In this document: positions 37,268 through 46,519 of the stretch, piece after piece
How the letters are laid out: the number at the start of each line of letters is the position of its first letter
Numbering within the stretch: position 1 is the stretch's first letter
NCBI GenBank assembly: GCA_963788395.1
Contig: CAWBGV010000020.1
Span: forward strand, 5,195 to 69,194
DNA from: Candidatus Doudnabacteria bacterium
Lineage (GTDB): Bacteria > Patescibacteriota > Doudnabacteria > UBA920
Direction: 5' to 3'
Length of the DNA stretch: 64,000 nucleotides
Notes under the pieces: generated by a model
Database searches by the model: none
What the model was told of the DNA's origin: nothing
What the model saw: only the letters and a program-made list of their open reading frames with translations
Position numbers and translations under genes: made by a program

Positions 37268-39469
37268 ATGAACAATAAGCGCTTTATAATCCACGTTGAC
37301 TATCAACCCATGAAGCCCCGCTTGCGGGCTCGGCTGTTGCGCTGGGGCAAATTAGCGGCAGGGCTTCTCCGCCGCCTGGCGCTGCTGGGAATTGTTGGGG
37401 CAATCTACTGCGCTAAATTGCTTTTTGAATTTTGCTATCATACCGGCCGGTTGGTTTTGGTTACCGCCACAACAGCAGCAAAATTCACCCTGCAGCAAAT
37501 TCGCCGCACGCGTCAGCTAACACCCCATCGCCTAAAGATTTTACTGGGCCAGGAATTGCGCGGCACCCTGGCGATATTTTTAATTTTTTGTTTAATCGCC
37601 GGAGGCGTATTGCAAGGGTTAAAAGTTTTAGCTACCGGACTGGCCTTAAAAGATAGTATTACTAACGCGACTATGCTGGGTTCTCAGCAATTAGAACAGG
37701 CCCAGCAGGCGCTTTCCAATAAAAATTTATCCGGAGCGGAAAACCAATTTACCCGCGCGCTCCAAACTTTTCGCAGCGCCAATCAACAGCTGGCCGACGC
37801 GGGCACGCTGATTAACCAATTGGGTAATTTGCTTCCGCAAAAACAAGCCGGGCAAAACGTTATAAATGCCGCGACCTTGATTTCCCAAGGCGGCCAGCAC
37901 ATGATTGATTTTTATCAGCAGGCCGAGCAAGTGTCTGTGACCCCGCAGGGTTTAAGCAGCCAGCAAAACATTCCGGCCCTGTTTACGACCCTGAATAACG
38001 ATTTGCAACAAGCCACCCAAGAAATCGCCCAGGCTTCGGCTGACGTAGCCCAAATTGACCCAGCGGCCGTGCCCGCCTCCCAAAAAGATACTTTTACCAA
38101 ATTGCAAACCCAGCTACTCATCCTCAATACTTCGCTGCAAAATTTTAGCGGCCTATTTAGTGTGCTGCAAACCATATTATTAGGGGATAAAAACATTTTA
38201 TTTATTTTTGAAAATAACGACGAACTTCGCGCAACCGGCGGCTTTATTGGTTCTTACGGGGCCATGGAATTAAATAATGGAGCCGTGAACCGAATGACCA
38301 TCAGCAGCATTTACGATCTGGACGGCCAGCTTAAGGATAAAATTATGCCGCCCAGTCCCATGATCAACGTCAACGATCGTTGGTATATGCGCGACAGCAA
38401 TTGGTTTGCCGATTTCCCCACGTCCGCTCAAAAGATCAGCGACTTTTACGAAAAGGAAGGCGGCTCCACTCCGGATTTAGTAATTGCGATTACTCCGCAG
38501 GTTATTAGTGACTTATTAACTTTAACCGGACCGATTACGGTACCGCAATTTAATTTGACTTTAAATACTGACAATTTTTTGGATGAAACCCAGGCCAACA
38601 CCGGGACCAACCCCTCCGACCCGCTCAATAAACCCAAACAGCTACTGGCTGATTTTTTCCCTTTACTTTTGCAGCAGCTCCATGCCTTAAATGGCGGCCA
38701 GCTAGCCAACATGCTGCTCATTTTACAGAATGACCTAAGCTCCAAACAAATAGTCTTATACGCGCGCGATTCTACTCTGGAGCATGCGTTTTTATCGTAC
38801 AATTGGGGCGGCAGCATCAACACGACTGATCGCGATTATTTAGAAATCGTGGGTAGTAATTTAGGCGGGACTAAAACCGATGTTCACATTCAGCAGCAGT
38901 ATTCGCTGCAAACAGCCATTGCTGCCGACGGCTCTATTACCGATACGCTCACAATCGTTAGAACCAATCCACTGCCGACTAATTTGGCGGATATGACCAA
39001 TACCAGCTTTTTACGGGTATATGTCCCGCAAGGATCCCAGCTTTTGAGCAGTTCCGGGTTTGATTATCTCAACCTGCCGGCTTTAGATCCGAGCCAGTAC
39101 GAGATTGATCCGGACGTCTATAATTGGGAGCGCTTGGCCGAAAAAAATGCGGCCACCGGGATGATGACGGGTCTGGAAACCGGCAAAACTTTTTTTGGCA
39201 ATTGGTCAATCCTCAAGGGCGGGGATACTAAAACAATTACGCTCACCTACCGCTTGCCGTTTACCCTGGCTAATCCGGACCGCTACAGCTTGCTGGTTCA
39301 AAAGCAAATTGGCAGTCAGCCGGCCACGCTAAACTGGACCTTGCAATTTCCAAGCCGCCAAATCGATTGGAAAAACTTTAACGCAGATACCTTGGACATC
39401 GATAGCCTGACCAGCGAAACCTCATTAACTCAAGACGAATTCTATGGTTTAGTCCTGGAAAAACGTTAA
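37268..39469 (+). CDS. DUF4012-family large extracytoplasmic protein with N-terminal membrane region
   Basis: ILFIFENNDELRATGGFIGSYGAMELNNG matches the DUF4012 core as I remember it. 733 aa. Confidence 0.7.
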   Translation: MNNKRFIIHVDYQPMKPRLRARLLRWGKLAAGLLRRLALLGIVGAIYCAKLLFEFCYHTGRLVLVTATTAAKFTLQQIRRTRQLTPHRLKILLGQELRGTLAIFLIFCLIAGGVLQGLKVLATGLALKDSITNATMLGSQQLEQAQQALSNKNLSGAENQFTRALQTFRSANQQLADAGTLINQLGNLLPQKQAGQNVINAATLISQGGQHMIDFYQQAEQVSVTPQGLSSQQNIPALFTTLNNDLQQATQEIAQASADVAQIDPAAVPASQKDTFTKLQTQLLILNTSLQNFSGLFSVLQTILLGDKNILFIFENNDELRATGGFIGSYGAMELNNGAVNRMTISSIYDLDGQLKDKIMPPSPMINVNDRWYMRDSNWFADFPTSAQKISDFYEKEGGSTPDLVIAITPQVISDLLTLTGPITVPQFNLTLNTDNFLDETQANTGTNPSDPLNKPKQLLADFFPLLLQQLHALNGGQLANMLLILQNDLSSKQIVLYARDSTLEHAFLSYNWGGSINTTDRDYLEIVGSNLGGTKTDVHIQQQYSLQTAIAADGSITDTLTIVRTNPLPTNLADMTNTSFLRVYVPQGSQLLSSSGFDYLNLPALDPSQYEIDPDVYNWERLAEKNAATGMMTGLETGKTFFGNWSILKGGDTKTITLTYRLPFTLANPDRYSLLVQKQIGSQPATLNWTLQFPSRQIDWKNFNADTLDIDSLTSETSLTQDEFYGLVLEKR

Positions 39470-39478
39470 GGCCTGCCT

Positions 39479-41122
39479 ATGATAAAACGCTTTAAAAATT
39501 TAGAAAATACTTTCACAATCTCCAAAGCCGCCACGATAGTTGGTGTTTTAACGCTTTTGGCTAAATTAGTAGCCATAGTTCGCGACCCGCTCTTTGCCAG
39601 CAAATTTGGGGGCAAAAATATCTTTATTTTAGATATTTATAATTCGGCTTTTCGTATTCCGGATTTTATCACCAACTTGCTGATTTTAGGCACTCTGTCC
39701 GTGGCTTTTATTCCCGTATTTGTAGATATTTCGCTGCAAGACAAAGCCCGCGCCAACCGAATTGCCAATACAGTGCTTAATGCTATGTCGTTGGGGATGA
39801 TCGCTATTTGCGCGGTTATTTACGCTCTGGCAACTCCGCTGACTAAATGGCTGGTCCCGGGCTTTAGTGGCTACGAATTGGAAGCTACTATCCGGCTAAC
39901 CCGCCTGTTTTTACTGTCGCCGATAATTTTTGGGGCGTCGAATGTCTTCACCAGCATTTTATACGCCAACAAAAAATTTCTAATGGCCAGCGTGGCTCCG
40001 CTGCTCTATAACGTTGGAATCTTGTTCGGGTTGCTGGTGCTCTATCCCCGTTACGGATTAATGGGTCTCGGTTATGGCGTAATCGCGGGAGCTTGCTGCC
40101 ATTTACTGGTCCAAATACCGGAAAGTGTTTCGCACGGGTTTAGCTGGCAGCCGGTACTGGATTTTAAAGACGCGGCCTTCCGCAAAATTGTGACCCTGTT
40201 TGTCCCCAAAATTATAGTTATTGATATTGGCAGTTTTAGTTTAATAGTGGCAACAATTATTGGCTCCTTGCTGCCGGCGGGCACGATTAGTATTTTTAAT
40301 TTTGCCAATAATTTAGTTGCCGCGCCGGTCGGGATTTTTGCGCTTTCAATTTCGATCGCTTCTTTTCCTTCGCTGTCAGAACTCTTTGCCAAAAAGCAGG
40401 AAGAAAATTTTCTTTCGGTTTTAGTCAAAACCATGGTGCAAATATTATTTTTTATGATCCCATTTTCTATTTTACTGCTCCTCCTCCGCGCCCAGCTGGT
40501 CCGCCTTTATTTAGGCCACGGCAATTTTACCTGGACCGATACTATTTTAACCTTTAGCACGCTGGGGGTTATGACTTTTTCTTTATTCAGCCAAAGCCTC
40601 TCGCCTCTGCTGACCCGGGCCTTTTACGCCCGGCAAAACACGGTCATTCCGGTCATTGTAAATTTAGCCAGTATGGCTTTAAACATTATAACCGCTTACT
40701 GGTTTTCTTCGGCGTATCACTTAGGAGTAGTCGGACTGGGATTAAGCTTTTCGATTACCAGCATTTTTAACTGTTTTGCCTTGATGATTATTTTACATCT
40801 CAGGCTCCTCAAAGATGCCGGCCAAGAATTTACCGAAACCATAGTGGCCGAAGAAAAAATGTTTTCTTTTTATGTAGTTAAAATTTTGATCGCCAGTTTA
40901 GTCATGGGGATTTTGAGCTATTTAACGCTTTACGCAATTGCGCCCGTGGTTAACACCCGAACAAATTTGGGGCTATTTTTGCAGGCAGGGGCCTCGGGAA
41001 CTGTGGGTTTGATTTCGTTTATGATCTGCGCGGTTTATCTCCGGATTCCTCAAGCCCTGAGGATTATGAAGCTCGTGCGCGAAAGGCTAAAATTTGCTAA
41101 AATACTAAATCTCAAACCCTAA
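39479..41122 (+). CDS. murJ: lipid II flippase MurJ (MviN)
   Basis: LAKLVAIVRDPLFASKFG N-terminus, ~14 TM helices, 547 aa. Confidence 0.85.
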   Translation: MIKRFKNLENTFTISKAATIVGVLTLLAKLVAIVRDPLFASKFGGKNIFILDIYNSAFRIPDFITNLLILGTLSVAFIPVFVDISLQDKARANRIANTVLNAMSLGMIAICAVIYALATPLTKWLVPGFSGYELEATIRLTRLFLLSPIIFGASNVFTSILYANKKFLMASVAPLLYNVGILFGLLVLYPRYGLMGLGYGVIAGACCHLLVQIPESVSHGFSWQPVLDFKDAAFRKIVTLFVPKIIVIDIGSFSLIVATIIGSLLPAGTISIFNFANNLVAAPVGIFALSISIASFPSLSELFAKKQEENFLSVLVKTMVQILFFMIPFSILLLLLRAQLVRLYLGHGNFTWTDTILTFSTLGVMTFSLFSQSLSPLLTRAFYARQNTVIPVIVNLASMALNIITAYWFSSAYHLGVVGLGLSFSITSIFNCFALMIILHLRLLKDAGQEFTETIVAEEKMFSFYVVKILIASLVMGILSYLTLYAIAPVVNTRTNLGLFLQAGASGTVGLISFMICAVYLRIPQALRIMKLVRERLKFAKILNLKP

Positions 41123-41134
41123 TTCTTTTACCCC

Positions 41135-42953
41135 ATGCGGAGAGATTCGCCAGAAACCATGCCTCAGGAAAATATTAGAAATTTTTGTATTATTGCCCAT
41201 ATTGATCACGGTAAGTCCACACTGGCTGACCGGCTTTTGGAAATTACCCACACGGTCAATAAGCGCGACATGAAAGACCAAATCTTGGACCAAATGGACT
41301 TGGAACGGGAGCGGGGGATAACGATTAAGCTACAACCGGTCAGGATGAACTATACTTATAACCACAATGACTACATCTTAGACCTGATAGATACTCCCGG
41401 GCATGTGGATTTTACGTATGAAGTCTCACGATCACTTGCTTGTTGCGAGGGCGCCATACTTGTCGTGGACAGTACGCAGGGAATCGAAGCGCAAACATTA
41501 GCCAACGTCTATTTGGCTCTGGAGCATAATTTGACTTTGATTCCGGTGGTCAACAAAATTGATTTGCCGAATTCCGACCGTGTAAAAACTGCGGAGGAGC
41601 TCAAAACGGCTTTTGGTTTTAAGGACGAAGAAATTCTCTATGCTTCCGGCAAGACGGGCGAAGGCGTGGAAGAAATTTTAAAGGCGGTTATAGAACGGGT
41701 TCCGGCGCCAAAAGGCGATAGCACAAAACCAACGCGCGCGCTAATTTTTGATTCGGTATACGATACCCACCGCGGCGTGGTGGCCTTTGTCCGCATTGTC
41801 GATGGACAGATTTTGCCCCGGGAAAAAATTTATATGATCGGCAGCGATACGGTCTCAGAGAGTTTAGAAGTGGGGTATTTTCATCCGCGAATGGAAAAAA
41901 GTTTTGAATTGAAAACCGGCGAGGTCGGCTATATTGTTACGGGCTTGCGCGATGTTAGTAAAGCGCGAGTTGGCGACACAATTACGCTGAACGAAGGGCG
42001 CCGAGGAGGCCGAGCCGCTGCCTGGTTATAAGCAAATTAAGCCAATGGTTTATGCTACTATTTTCCCCGTCTCCGGCGAAGACTATCCGCTGTTGCGCGA
42101 TGCTATGGAAAAGCTAAAGCTTTCTGACGCTTCGCTGGAATTTGAACCCATCAATATCCCTTCAATTGGTTTTGGGTTTCGTACTGGTTTCTTAGGTTTG
42201 CTGCATATGGATATTGTCCAGGAACGTTTAACGCGCGAATACAATCTGGACTTAATTTTAACGGCTCCCGGGGTGGCCTATCGGGTAGTTAAAAGTGACG
42301 GAACCTCTCTATCTGTCCATAATCCGGCGGAATTTCCAGATCCTGCAATCATCAAAGAAATTTACGAGCCCTGGATGGACGTGAATATTTTAACGCCCCA
42401 AAACTATATTGGGCCGATTATGGAAATTGCGACCCAGCGGCGGGGTGTTTCGAAAGATATTAAATACATCGGCAAAGACCGGGTTGATATGCGTTTTGAA
42501 ATGCCCTTGGCCACGATTATTTTGGATTTTTACGATAAGCTAAAAAGCGTGTCTTCGGGCTATGCCAGTTTAAATTATGAATTAATAGAGGAACGGGTAG
42601 GGGATTTGGTTAAGGTAGATATTTTAGTTTCCGGCGAACCGGTGGCGGCTTTAGCCGCAATTATGCACCGGTCAGTTGCCGCGGTTGACGGCAAAGAGCT
42701 GGTCGAAAAGCTTAAAACGCTCATTCCCCGCCACCAATTTGAAATCGCCCTCCAAGCCACCATCGGCGGCAAAGTCATCGCCCGCGAAACCATCTCGGCT
42801 TTACGTAAGGACGTGACAGGCTATTTGTATGGAGGGGATGTTACCCGGAAAATGAAGCTTCTGAATAAACAGAAAAAAGGCAAGAAACGGATGAAGAAGA
42901 TTGGCAAGGTTGACATACCACAAGAAGCGTTTTTGGCTGTTCTTAAAAAATAA
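41135..42953 (+). CDS. lepA: elongation factor 4 (LepA), one frameshift near 42000-42040
   Basis: [22 protein letters not shown] and DTPGHVDF. The C-terminal LepA-specific region continues in the 42045..42953 frame. Alternative start at 41159. Confidence 0.9.
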
Positions 42954-43006
42954 GCCCGTTTGAACCCTTTAGACAGGTATGGTATGATTAAATCGTCTCC
43001 TTAAAC

Positions 43007-43207
43007 ATGCGGCCTATGATAATGCAGACTAAATTACCAGTCCAAATATTCAAACAAGGTAGGCGCTTTGTTGCTTATACTCCGCTTTTAGATTTGTCTA
43101 CTTCTGGAAGGTCGGAAAAAGAAGTTAAAATTAGATTTCATAAATTAGTCAATATTTTTTTTGAAGAACTAACACAAGCGGGTACATTTAAGTTGGCGAA
43201 AGTTTGA
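43007..43207 (+). CDS. HicB-like (UPF0150-type) small antitoxin-like protein
   Basis: LPVQIFKQGRRFVAYTPLLDLSTSGRSEKEVKIRFHKLVNIFFEE resembles the small HicB/UPF0150 fold pattern. Confidence 0.5.
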   Translation: MRPMIMQTKLPVQIFKQGRRFVAYTPLLDLSTSGRSEKEVKIRFHKLVNIFFEELTQAGTFKLAKV

Positions 43208-43400
43208 ACGGTTTCTGTTAAAAATTGGGTCTTCATTTAAACGCCAAAAAGGCGATCATAGAATTTATTGGAAACCGGGAATATTAAGACCTGTGGTAAT
43301 ACCACAAGAACGGATATTGCCGGTTTTTATTATTTTGAATAATTTGAGGGTCTTAGGAGTTTCAAAGGAAGAATTCCTGCAAATAATAAACGAACCGTAA
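43173..43400 (+). pseudogene. HicA-like mRNA-interferase toxin reading frame without a start codon
   Basis: KFERFLLKIGSSFKRQKGDHRIYWKP...VVIP...ILNNLRVLGVSKEEFLQII fits the HicA pattern (GF..RQ.GSH.IY). The open frame begins at 43173 with no ATG/GTG/TTG. Confidence 0.5.
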
Positions 43401-43462
43401 AAAGTAATTAAGACAAGCCTGTATTTTAAGTCAACTTATACTATCAAATAACTACACAAGAT

Positions 43463-44440
43463 ATGAAAAAACGCATCTTAGGAGGTAAGTTAGAAGTTTC
43501 CGAGCTTGGCCTGGGTTGTATGGGCATGAGCGAGTTTTATGGTACCGGCGATGAAGCGGAATCAATTAGGACCATCCATTTGGCCTTAGAACTGGGAGTT
43601 AATTTTTTAGATACGGCCGATATGTACGGCCCATTTACTAATGAAATCCTGGTCGGCAAAGCCATCGAGGACCGGCGGGACAAAGTCGTGCTGGCCACAA
43701 AATTTGGCAATGTCCGGGGCGAAAAAGGGGAACGGTTAGGCGTGCGCGGGGACGCGGAGTATGTCCGCAAATCCTGCGATGCCAGCTTAAAACGTCTGGG
43801 TCTGGACCATATAGACCTTTACTATCAGCACCGCGTAGACACCAAAGTCCCGATTGAAGAAACGATTGGCGCCATGGCCGAACTGGTCAAAGCCGGCAAA
43901 GTAAAATATTTGGGTATGTCCGAAGCCGCTCCCGAAACCATCCGCCGCGCTCATAAAGTCCATCCGATTACCGCGCTGCAGACGGAGTATTCTCTCTGGT
44001 TCCGGGATCCGGAAGCCGAAATTTTAAAAACGGTTCGGGAACTGGGAATTGGCTTTGTAGCCTACAGTCCGCTCGGCCGAGGTTTCTTAACCGGCCGCTT
44101 TACCAAACCCGAAGATTTTCCCAAAGACGACTTCCGCCGCTTTCATCCCCGCTTTCAAGGCGAAAATTTCACTAAAAACTTGCAGCTAGTGGAACAAGTC
44201 AAAAAGATGGCTGAGGAAAAAGGAGTTACTCCGGCTCAATTGGCCTTAGCCTGGGTCTTGGCTCAGGGCCAAGATATTGTCCCCATCCCCGGGACCAAAC
44301 ACGAAAAATATTTACGGGAAAATATTAGGGCCACCGAAATTTCATTAACAAAAGAAGACCTAGACCGCCTAAACAACATTCTGCCGCCGGGAGTAGCGGC
44401 CGGGCAACGCTACGCAGATATGTCTACTGTTAATAAATAA
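43463..44440 (+). CDS. aldo/keto reductase
   Basis: [29 protein letters not shown] and IPGTKH motifs. Confidence 0.85.
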   Translation: MKKRILGGKLEVSELGLGCMGMSEFYGTGDEAESIRTIHLALELGVNFLDTADMYGPFTNEILVGKAIEDRRDKVVLATKFGNVRGEKGERLGVRGDAEYVRKSCDASLKRLGLDHIDLYYQHRVDTKVPIEETIGAMAELVKAGKVKYLGMSEAAPETIRRAHKVHPITALQTEYSLWFRDPEAEILKTVRELGIGFVAYSPLGRGFLTGRFTKPEDFPKDDFRRFHPRFQGENFTKNLQLVEQVKKMAEEKGVTPAQLALAWVLAQGQDIVPIPGTKHEKYLRENIRATEISLTKEDLDRLNNILPPGVAAGQRYADMSTVNK

Positions 44441-44453
44441 CCTCATTTAATAT

Positions 44454-45089
44454 ATGTCTAAAATTGGAATTTTAGGTTCAGGAAATGTCGGCCAAACTTT
44501 GGCCAAAGGTTTTAAAAAATATGAGTACGACGTAATGATCGGTACGGGACATCCGGATAAAGTTTCTGATTTTGCCAAGGAGCAGGGGATTAAGCTGGGA
44601 ACCTTTGCCCAAGCGGCTGAGTTCGGAGAGCTAATCGTCCTATGTGTCAAAGGAGATGCCGCAGCCCAGGTAATTACGTCCGTGTCCCAACAACTTTCCG
44701 GTAAAACAGTTTTAGACACCACTAACGCCTTAGTTGACCACAACGCCGAAAATGGCGTGCTTAAATTATTTACCACGTGGGACGAATCTTTAATGGAACA
44801 GTTGCAATCAGCAGCCCCAGAAGCTAAATTTGTCAAAGCCCTGAACAGTGTAGGCGCTAACTTAATGATCAACCCGCCATTTACCGAACGGCCCAGTATG
44901 TATATCTGCGGCAACGACCAGGATGCCAAAAAGGAGGTTGGGGAAATCTTAGAAAAGTTTGGATTTGAACCTGCAGATATGGGCATGGCCACGAGCGCCC
45001 GGGCACTGGAACCTTTAGTAGTTTTATGGCTTATTCCAGCCTTTCTTAAGAAAGATCGCGATCACGCTTATAAACATTTGCAAAAATAA
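44454..45089 (+). CDS. NADP-dependent oxidoreductase (F420-oxidoreductase/ProC-like Rossmann family)
   Basis: MSKIGILGSGNVGQTLAKGF dinucleotide-binding N-terminus, 211 aa. Confidence 0.65.
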   Translation: MSKIGILGSGNVGQTLAKGFKKYEYDVMIGTGHPDKVSDFAKEQGIKLGTFAQAAEFGELIVLCVKGDAAAQVITSVSQQLSGKTVLDTTNALVDHNAENGVLKLFTTWDESLMEQLQSAAPEAKFVKALNSVGANLMINPPFTERPSMYICGNDQDAKKEVGEILEKFGFEPADMGMATSARALEPLVVLWLIPAFLKKDRDHAYKHLQK

Positions 45090-45171
45090 AAATATTTTAA
45101 TTGCTTTATTGGAAAAAAAACATGCTTTTTGATATACTCAAACTACTGTAATTATTATTAAAAAAATTAAT

Positions 45172-45471
45172 ATGAAAAAAATTCTTCTCGTTTCGGCGAT
45201 AGCCTTGCTGGCAGCAGGATGCGGCAGCAGTGCCACGAGCAGCACTAACGCCACTACTCAAACCGCGGCCGTACCGCCGGCTGCCCAAAGTAACACCATG
45301 CCGCAGCCGACCACCGGCAGCAGCAGTGCTGCCGCCAGCGCTTCTGATGATTCCAATACGGCGCTTAATGCCGATTTAGGAAACATCGATTCGCAAATGA
45401 ATAATTTAAATACCGATTCCTCAAATATTGATTCCAGCATGGGTCAGCAACAGGCTCCGGGGGCCCAATAA
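45172..45471 (+). CDS. small lipoprotein (99 aa)
   Basis: Signal peptide with lipobox LLAAGC. The mature part is low-complexity. Confidence 0.6.
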   Translation: MKKILLVSAIALLAAGCGSSATSSTNATTQTAAVPPAAQSNTMPQPTTGSSSAAASASDDSNTALNADLGNIDSQMNNLNTDSSNIDSSMGQQQAPGAQ

Positions 45472-45488
45472 CTAATTAACTTACACCT

Positions 45489-46286
45489 ATGAATACAAAA
45501 ATTATTTCTCTTCTTGCTGTTGTGGTTGTGGCCTTTGCGGTCGTCGCAGTTCCGGCTCAGGCTTCTTTATTGGGTACCAAACTTTCGGCTGCCGCCAGCC
45601 TGAACGCCAGCAGCAGCGCCTCCACTAAATTGGATACAACCGCTCAAGCCAAAGCCGACACCGAAATTTCCGCTCGCATTACTGCGCTCAACACTCTGCT
45701 GACGCGGATTGGACAAATGCAACGGGTCAGCAGCAGCGATAAAGCCAATTTAACAACTACGCTACAGTCGGAAATAAGCCAAATGACCGCTTTAAAGGCA
45801 AAAATTGATTCCGACACCAGCAACACAACTTTAATACCGGACATACAATCTATTACCAAGTCATTTCGGATTTATGTCTTGGTCTTACCACAGGGCCGCA
45901 TTACCGCGGCAGCGGACCGGGTGATGACTATTGTCACCTTGCTGGATACTTTAAGCGCTAAACTACAAACCCGCATTACCGCCGCTCAAAACGCCGGCCA
46001 AAATATGAGCGCCGAGACGACTTTAGTCAGTGACATGAACGCCAAAACCGCCGACGCTAACACTCAAGCGCAGGCCGCGGTCAGCGAGGTCAGCGCCCTG
46101 CAGCCGGATAACGGCAACACCACTATCTACAACTCTAACCAAGCCGCGCTAAAAGACGCTCGCTCAAAAATTGCCGCCGCGACCGCCGATTTAAAAACCG
46201 CGCGCCAAGATGCCGGTTCGATCGTCAAAATAATTTTGAGTTTAAAAATAAGTTCAACAGTCAACGCGAGCAGTACTAATCAATAA
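45489..46286 (+). CDS. secreted Ala/Thr-rich helical protein (265 aa)
   Basis: Signal peptide ...VAVPAQA|S and long amphipathic helical repeats. No family name recognised. Confidence 0.6.
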   Translation: MNTKIISLLAVVVVAFAVVAVPAQASLLGTKLSAAASLNASSSASTKLDTTAQAKADTEISARITALNTLLTRIGQMQRVSSSDKANLTTTLQSEISQMTALKAKIDSDTSNTTLIPDIQSITKSFRIYVLVLPQGRITAAADRVMTIVTLLDTLSAKLQTRITAAQNAGQNMSAETTLVSDMNAKTADANTQAQAAVSEVSALQPDNGNTTIYNSNQAALKDARSKIAAATADLKTARQDAGSIVKIILSLKISSTVNASSTNQ

Positions 46287-46301
46287 CAACATCAAACGCT
46301 G

Positions 46302-46327
46302 AGCCCGCCGAAATCGGCGGGCTTTTA
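46302..46327 (+). terminator. rho-independent terminator
   Basis: AGCCCGCCG-AAAT-CGGCGGGCT followed by TTT. Confidence 0.8.
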
Positions 46328-46448
46328 TTAATGTAAATGTATTTTTTTGATTAAGAACCTCCTAAAAACTACGTCACGAATAATGCAAAGGAGCCGCAAA
46401 ATCTTTAACAAGTTAGTGCCGAATGAAAATTAAAAAAGCTAGTTATCT

Positions 46449-46503
46449 ACCATAATTTTTAAAAATACGCTTGGAGTCGAAAGATGTTTTTAAAAATTAT
46501 GGT
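46449..46503. promoter_or_regulatory. perfect 17-bp inverted repeat upstream of the FN3 protein gene
   Basis: ACCATAATTTTTAAAAA (46449-46465) and TTTTTAAAAATTATGGT (46487-46503), 21-nt spacer, ending 16 nt before ATG 46520. Confidence 0.45.
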
Positions 46504-46519
46504 AAAGAAAGGATATAAT

